Shown: one piece after another, positions 26,902 to 32,000 of the stretch
Numbering within the stretch: position 1 is the stretch's first letter
How the letters are laid out: each line of letters starts with the position of its first letter
Assembly: GCA_016933055.1 (NCBI GenBank)
Contig: JAFGBS010000033.1
Span: 1 to 32,000, forward strand
Reading direction: 5' to 3'
Source: Promethearchaeota archaeon
GTDB lineage: Archaea > Asgardarchaeota > Lokiarchaeia > Sigyniarchaeales > Promethearchaeaceae
DNA length: 32,000 nucleotides
Notes under the pieces: model-generated
Databases searched by the model: none
What the model was told of the DNA's origin: nothing
The model's input: only the letters and a program-made list of their open reading frames with translations
Program-made: the position numbers and the translations under genes

Positions 26902-28385
26902 GGGGTTTCACCTTTCCATGGTTTATTTTCGATAAACTTTGTTCTATCTGTAACCATTTCAGATCCTTCATCATTTTTCGGTATTTCCGTAACCAACTTA
27001 TCTAATTCCCGGGAAAGAATCTTCAACAGTTTTGGAGTACAAAAACCCCCATTACACCTCCCCATTCGGGGTCTTAATCGAACTTTAATCATATCTAAGG
27101 TTGTTGCACCAATTGGCCGGTGGATGGCATCAATGATTTCCGCTTCAGTCACTGTTTCGCAACGGCAAATTACTCTACCCCATTCTGGACGATTCTTTAT
27201 GGCCTGAGCTAAAGTGTCTTCATTCATATCTTTTAATCGCTGTTGAGGAAATCGGATCGGATTCCAAGAATCTTTCTCCCCGAATGATAGCGTTGTATGG
27301 TTCTTAACTATATCAGTGACTAAATCTGCAATTGCAAGACAAGAGGATAAGCCTGGAGAACAGATACCTGCCACATTTATAAAATTTTCAACTTCACTCG
27401 CTTCAATTATGAAGTCTCCATCTCTATCTGAAACTGCACGTAATCCTGCGAAATTAGCTATCGCTTTTCGAAGAGGTATACTTGGTAGTAGCTTTCTCCC
27501 TCCCCTAATGATCTCATTGAGTCCAGCGGAAGTAGTGGACACGTCCTCCTTGTCGTTTTGTGCATTAGAATTTGGTCCTATGAATGTATGTCCCTCTATA
27601 GTGGGACAAACTAAGATGCCTTTACTTACAGGAGTAGGGATAGGGAATAAAATATGGTTTACGGGGATTGCATTACGATCCATTAATATATACTCCCCTT
27701 TCCGGGGTGTAATGGTAAAATTATCCGCTCCAACCATTCTAGCTATCTCGTCTGCATACACTCCCGCAGCATTGATAATTACTTTAGCATTGAGTTGCTT
27801 TTGTCCTGCTTGGATAATAAATCCGTTGGATTTCTGTTGGATTTCGGTTACTGGGCTGGAAAATAAAAGATCCACTCCATTATCATAGGCATTTTCTGCA
27901 AGTCCAATAGTTAATCCAAATGGCCAGATTATTCCAGCGCTAGGAGCATACAATACAGCTTTTACGTTATCAGCAATATTCGGTTCCATAATTTTTATGC
28001 GTTTTATATCTGTAATAATTTCGCTGGGAATATTCCGCTTATCTGCTTGATTTTGTTCCTTTTGTAAATCTTTCATATCCTCATCATTAAATGCAACAAC
28101 GAAAGAGCCCACTCGTTTAAAATCAAAGTTTATTTCTTTTTGGAGTTGATCAAACATCGGATTTCCTTTTACATTCATTTCACTTTGTAAGGAACCTTCT
28201 GAAGATGCATAACCCGCATGTATTATAGCAGAATTTCCTTTGGTGGTTTCTGTAGCCACATCTGCATGTTTTTCAATTAGAATAGTTTTCAGTCGGTATT
28301 TGGATACCCATCGAGCTATGGAACAGCCAATAACACCGCCACCAATTATCGCAATGTCATACGGTTTCATCATATATTCATTCAA
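26898..28385 (-). CDS. FAD-dependent oxidoreductase, glycerol-3-phosphate dehydrogenase/LhgO-like with C-terminal BFD-like [2Fe-2S] domain
   Basis: IIGGGVIG, TKGNSAIIHAG, PRKGEY, FAGLRA, GICSPGLSS, ICRCETVTE, MGRCNGGFC. 4-nt overlap with the next gene. Confidence 0.85.
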   Translation of the reverse strand: MNEYMMKPYDIAIIGGGVIGCSIARWVSKYRLKTILIEKHADVATETTKGNSAIIHAGYASSEGSLQSEMNVKGNPMFDQLQKEINFDFKRVGSFVVAFNDEDMKDLQKEQNQADKRNIPSEIITDIKRIKIMEPNIADNVKAVLYAPSAGIIWPFGLTIGLAENAYDNGVDLLFSSPVTEIQQKSNGFIIQAGQKQLNAKVIINAAGVYADEIARMVGADNFTITPRKGEYILMDRNAIPVNHILFPIPTPVSKGILVCPTIEGHTFIGPNSNAQNDKEDVSTTSAGLNEIIRGGRKLLPSIPLRKAIANFAGLRAVSDRDGDFIIEASEVENFINVAGICSPGLSSCLAIADLVTDIVKNHTTLSFGEKDSWNPIRFPQQRLKDMNEDTLAQAIKNRPEWGRVICRCETVTEAEIIDAIHRPIGATTLDMIKVRLRPRMGRCNGGFCTPKLLKILSRELDKLVTEIPKNDEGSEMVTDRTKFIENKPWKGETP

Positions 28386-28483
28386 ACTAGAATTTTACTC
28401 CATAAAAATAAAACTTATTAATATAAACAATAAAAGAACCGACGGGGGTGTTATATTTATTACATAGAACATAGTTTCATGTA

Positions 28484-29407
28484 TTGGTGAGTTATATGCA
28501 CAAAGATGAATTTGATATCTTTTTACAAACAGTAACAATCAAGGATTTGAAAGAAATCATTACACATTACCAAAGCGTGAAGGGAATCTCAAACTATCGG
28601 AAAGTAGAACTTATTGAAGCCTTTGCAAATTTGTTGTCGGAGGATGATCAGGAAGACGCTTATAAAACTTGGATGCCGAAGAAAATTCAAGACCTTATAC
28701 AAAGAGCAATACAATTAACAGGATGGAGTTCTGCAGAGTTCGAATTAGATGATGAGAGAAAAGAGTATTCTGTGGAAGTAGCATGGTCTGGGGGAGGAAC
28801 CGATAAATGCACCGTCAATGTAAATGCTGATGGAATGCATCACAAGTGCACATGTAAAATTGGAGAGAGTGGTGGTATATGTGTTCATTTAATGACCTTA
28901 ATAGTGATTTTATACTTAAAGGAAGAGATACGTCCTAATCAATTTCCTATTCAGATTGATGAATTCTGGCTACAGACTGCAAAAGATCAAAAAGATGTGA
29001 TCCTCACACGGGTAGCAGACATAAAGGATGCTATTATTAATCTTGATGAATATTGGTTTTTTATTCGCGGTAATAAAATAACCACGAAATGGACAGGCGA
29101 TTATGCCGGAATTAAAACCGTAGACCTCAATTCCATCAATGCAAAAAAGAAAACAAAAACCACGGTAGAAGAGTGGATTGTAAAAAAAGTAGTTGATAAA
29201 CAACTAGAATCTCTTCGTAATACTGGGAGAGTTAGGGAAATTGTTACCGATAAATATGGAGTAATTGATAAAATACTGAACAATGAGAAACAATTTAAAA
29301 GATTACTAGCAGCATTCCAACGTGCGGCAGATAAATTCAAGAGTGAAGAATATCCGCAATCCAAAGAAGAGATTCGTGAAGCACTGCGGATTGGATTGAT
29401 TGAGTGA
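28484..29407 (+). CDS. SWIM zinc-finger protein with N-terminal helix-extension-helix (Rho-N/SAP-like) motif
   Basis: CTCKIGESGGICVH (CxC...CxH) and TIKDLKEI...KGISNYRKVELI. Confidence 0.7.
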   Translation: MVSYMHKDEFDIFLQTVTIKDLKEIITHYQSVKGISNYRKVELIEAFANLLSEDDQEDAYKTWMPKKIQDLIQRAIQLTGWSSAEFELDDERKEYSVEVAWSGGGTDKCTVNVNADGMHHKCTCKIGESGGICVHLMTLIVILYLKEEIRPNQFPIQIDEFWLQTAKDQKDVILTRVADIKDAIINLDEYWFFIRGNKITTKWTGDYAGIKTVDLNSINAKKKTKTTVEEWIVKKVVDKQLESLRNTGRVREIVTDKYGVIDKILNNEKQFKRLLAAFQRAADKFKSEEYPQSKEEIREALRIGLIE

Positions 29408-29484
29408 ATATTAAAAGAAGGTTGAAAAATGATCTAATTACTTATCAATACGATAAATTAGAATAAAAGTAGAAGAAAATTGAT

Positions 29485-30048
29485 CTAAAATTCTACATGA
29501 ATTATTTCCGATTCATCTATGTCTTCAAATTCATCGGCTTCATCATCAAATTTTTCCCCTTCTTCTAACGCTTGCTGATTGGCAATGAATGAGAAAATTT
29601 TTTTGCCTTTTAGAATCTTCGAAAACATAATATGGTCGATTTTGTCGATATATCCATTTTCGTTTAGAGATGCTGAGAAAGCTTCAAAATGAGTCTGATC
29701 TCGAAAGCTAGCAATAAGATGGATTTGTTCATCAGAACCCACACTTGCGAATAGAATTTCGTTGTATTCCTCAGCGAGGTATTTTGCAAAACTCTCAAGA
29801 AACATGGAATCAAGTTTTCCGATGGGCAATTTCTTTAAACGTAGGTTCAACATGCAATGTAGTGATAGTCCAATCTCTTCAGGATTCACAACAATAGTGA
29901 AACTCTCTAAAATGTTTGATTCTTTTAATTTGTGCAATCTGTGATAAATAGTACTGGTTTTTATATCCAACTCTTTGGCTAGATATTTCAGCGATACGCG
30001 AGAGTCTTTCTCCATCGCAGAAAGCAATTTTACATCAATATGATCCAT
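29485..30048 (-). CDS. Lrp/AsnC family transcriptional regulator with acidic tail
   Basis: DHIDVKLLSAMEKDSRVSLKYLAKEL.IKTSTIYHRLHKL.E..I...FTIVVNPEEIG is the classic Lrp HTH. Confidence 0.9.
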   Translation of the reverse strand: MDHIDVKLLSAMEKDSRVSLKYLAKELDIKTSTIYHRLHKLKESNILESFTIVVNPEEIGLSLHCMLNLRLKKLPIGKLDSMFLESFAKYLAEEYNEILFASVGSDEQIHLIASFRDQTHFEAFSASLNENGYIDKIDHIMFSKILKGKKIFSFIANQQALEEGEKFDDEADEFEDIDESEIIHVEF

Positions 30049-30626
30049 TTACGTACACACACCCTTCTTTTTTGTTTGGTGGCAATGGACCCAATGAGAG
30101 GATCCTTGCCGTTGGTTTTGGTTGGGAAATTTTACTTTTTAAATATTTGGGGAAATATTACATACCGGTAAGAAACCCAAATTTCTTTACGGAAGTATTG
30201 GTTGCGGAGTATATTTTCGATTTTCCGATGAAAATCGTGAATTACATTATATCGTCGATTTAAGTCGCAAATTGTCGATGATTGTAAGATTTGATAGATT
30301 TCTTCAATATATATTACTGTATTCTTGTAAATATTCCAAGAAGTATTACAATTATTACTATTGATATAGGGTGTTGCTATGGAGATAATATCCAGATATT
30401 GCTAAGTGTATTTTTGAATACTTAGGTTGAGAATTGTGGAGAAAACTTTTGTGTCATTATCGATCGCATAAGATAGATGAATATTTTGAAAATTCTCTCT
30501 AAATGTTGCTAAATTTAGTTAGCTACAATCTAAATTGGATCAAACTTGTGCTATGATCTAAGGTTTCCTCGAGTTTTCATCATTTATCTCGATAACAACT
30601 TATTTCAAATTCATAAAATACAAATT

Positions 30627-30636
30627 AAAAAAAAAA
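30627..30636 (-). terminator. Oligo-T terminator after the MFS gene
   Basis: A10 on the + strand (T10 on -), 14 nt past the MFS stop codon. Confidence 0.5.
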
Positions 30637-30650
30637 TGAAAATATTGTGG

Positions 30651-32000
30651 TTATTCTCGTCGTAACTTTTTGTAGGTAGGACTAACCTTCCCTTCTTTAG
30701 CTAATTCTTCAATATAGGCTTGTTCTTTTTCCAGATGAATCTGATTTAATTTGGTTTTTTTCTCTTCCCATTTCGGTCCATGTAATTTATAAAAGATCAT
30801 AAAGAATAGAACAAAGAGTAGGGCAGCGGCAGGGATCACAGTATAAGCCAAACGAATCCCAAATATCGCCGATTCGGGCTGAATTGGATTCGGAATTAAC
30901 TCAGTGGGCTCAATAAATCCAAAAAATCCAACTACCCAAAAGAATAACGCATTAGCAGCGCTAATAGCAGGCTTAGTGAACAATGCATTCATACCAGCAT
31001 ATGTGGTCTCTCGTCTTTTTCCAGTCAATAGTTCATCCATATCAATGATTTCGAAATATAACGGAGCATTTAGCAGTGCAGCGGGTGCGTAAGTTATCCC
31101 CAAGAGCGTCATGACAATCAAAGCAAAAAATGAATCTTTTCCGCTCATGATAAATAACTCAATGAATAGAACAATGCTTAAGCTTAATGCTACCATGTAA
31201 GTCCTCTTATTTCCCCATTTTCGTGCTAAACGACTAGCAGGGAATGTGAAAATAAATACCATCAGAAAAATTGCCAGCAGAGGAATAGTAGCCCAAATTC
31301 CTTCATAACCTAAAACGTATCCTACAAATGGGGCCATTAATCCTGTTAATACTACCCACGCAATCTGATAGAAGAAATTACCAAACTCATAAATCAGAAA
31401 TTGAGTGTTTTTAAAGGTTTGAACTATTGATTGGAAAAATCCTAATTTTTCCTCTCTCACAGCATATTCATTTTCAATTAGATTAAAGCTAGGAATAAAC
31501 ACCATCAAAGAACCAACGAATGCAGTTATAATCATCGTCGGTCTAAACCAAGGGCTTATCGCTGATGAAGTACCTGACAAAAACACGGTCGTGAGTATCA
31601 TTGAGCCCAGCATGCCTATTGCTCCTAAATATACCGAGTAGACTTGGACATTTGCACGTCCTTTACCCGTGATGCACATCTCTGATGGTAAAGAGTAAGT
31701 AATCAATCCGATAATGGTAAATATCGTATCAAACAGGAATAGAGCAAGTAAAAAGTTCGCAAATAGAGCCCATTGTCTATTGGCAAAAATCAGATCTAGA
31801 AACGGATACCAGCAAAAAATGAATAAAATTCCGAATACTGGTGCACCATAGCGCAAATATGGAATACGTCTTCCCAACTTAGACTGAGTTTTGTCTTCTA
31901 ATATCCCGAATAAGGGATCATTCAGAGCGTTCCAGATTGCGAAAATTAACATAGCAAGTGCTACTTTTTCAGTGGTTAATCCCAATTTAAACGTGTAGAA
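30651..32000 (-). CDS. MFS transporter, glycoside-pentoside-hexuronide (GPH/MelB) family, 5' truncated
   Basis: IWNALNDPLFG.L.DKT.SKLGRRIPY and DMDEL.TGKRRE..YAG motifs. The frame stays open to the window end. Confidence 0.9.
   Translation of the reverse strand, partial: FYTFKLGLTTEKVALAMLIFAIWNALNDPLFGILEDKTQSKLGRRIPYLRYGAPVFGILFIFCWYPFLDLIFANRQWALFANFLLALFLFDTIFTIIGLITYSLPSEMCITGKGRANVQVYSVYLGAIGMLGSMILTTVFLSGTSSAISPWFRPTMIITAFVGSLMVFIPSFNLIENEYAVREEKLGFFQSIVQTFKNTQFLIYEFGNFFYQIAWVVLTGLMAPFVGYVLGYEGIWATIPLLAIFLMVFIFTFPASRLARKWGNKRTYMVALSLSIVLFIELFIMSGKDSFFALIVMTLLGITYAPAALLNAPLYFEIIDMDELLTGKRRETTYAGMNALFTKPAISAANALFFWVVGFFGFIEPTELIPNPIQPESAIFGIRLAYTVIPAAALLFVLFFMIFYKLHGPKWEEKKTKLNQIHLEKEQAYIEELAKEGKVSPTYKKLRRE

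Noticed and set aside
30081-30110. SECIS element or tRNA fragment
   Set aside because: No gene with an in-frame UGA nearby, no tandem GA quartet geometry, and no cloverleaf around the hairpin.
30072-30263. 63-aa plus-strand ORF upstream of Lrp
   Set aside because: TTG start, no recognisable features, and it overlaps the probable Lrp promoter and leader.
382-31092. Numerous short ORFs antisense to or nested in long genes (e.g. 382-936, 9330-9800, 19925-20431, 25414-25842, 27316-27888)
   Set aside because: They are shadows of well-supported genes on the opposite strand and carry no recognisable motifs of their own.
1-32000. CRISPR arrays, rRNA/tRNA genes, transposases, integrases, defence systems
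   Set aside because: No regularly spaced repeats, cloverleafs, rRNA signatures or recombinase/nuclease motifs were recognised. Nearly all sequence is accounted for by protein genes.

Overview
AT-rich (roughly one-third GC by eye), gene-dense archaeal chromosomal window. It is very probably from an Asgard archaeon (Lokiarchaeia-like), inferred from TBP, a TFS/RpoM-type ribbon, Lrp, a stand-alone Roadblock protein, Rag- and Rab-like small GTPases and a PCI-like winged-helix giant. Left to right: the end of pstS; a 1012-aa PstC-PstA fusion with a large extra membrane domain; pstB; phoU; a doubly anchored repeat glycoprotein; a minus-strand ABC importer operon (binding protein, fused double permease, two complementarily degenerate ATPases, DUF47/PhoU-like); Roadblock; a cysteine-free Isf-like flavoprotein; a 1500-aa membrane-anchored protein (prenyltransferase-like toroid, winged helices, helical rods); a half-TFS; GlpQ; an SCP2-like protein; TBP; a longin/uDENN-RagGTPase-Roadblock fusion; a Rab-like GTPase with an insert, downstream of a GvpD/KaiC-like ATPase; a small RHH protein; a three-gene glycerol-3-phosphate dehydrogenase-like operon; a SWIM protein; Lrp; and a truncated GPH-family MFS transporter. 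No tRNA, rRNA, CRISPR array or mobile element was seen. The best candidates for new biology are the 1500-aa scaffold, the single-chain Rag module, the asymmetric importer ATPase pair and the PstCA fusion. All family assignments come from motif recognition by eye, not database searches.
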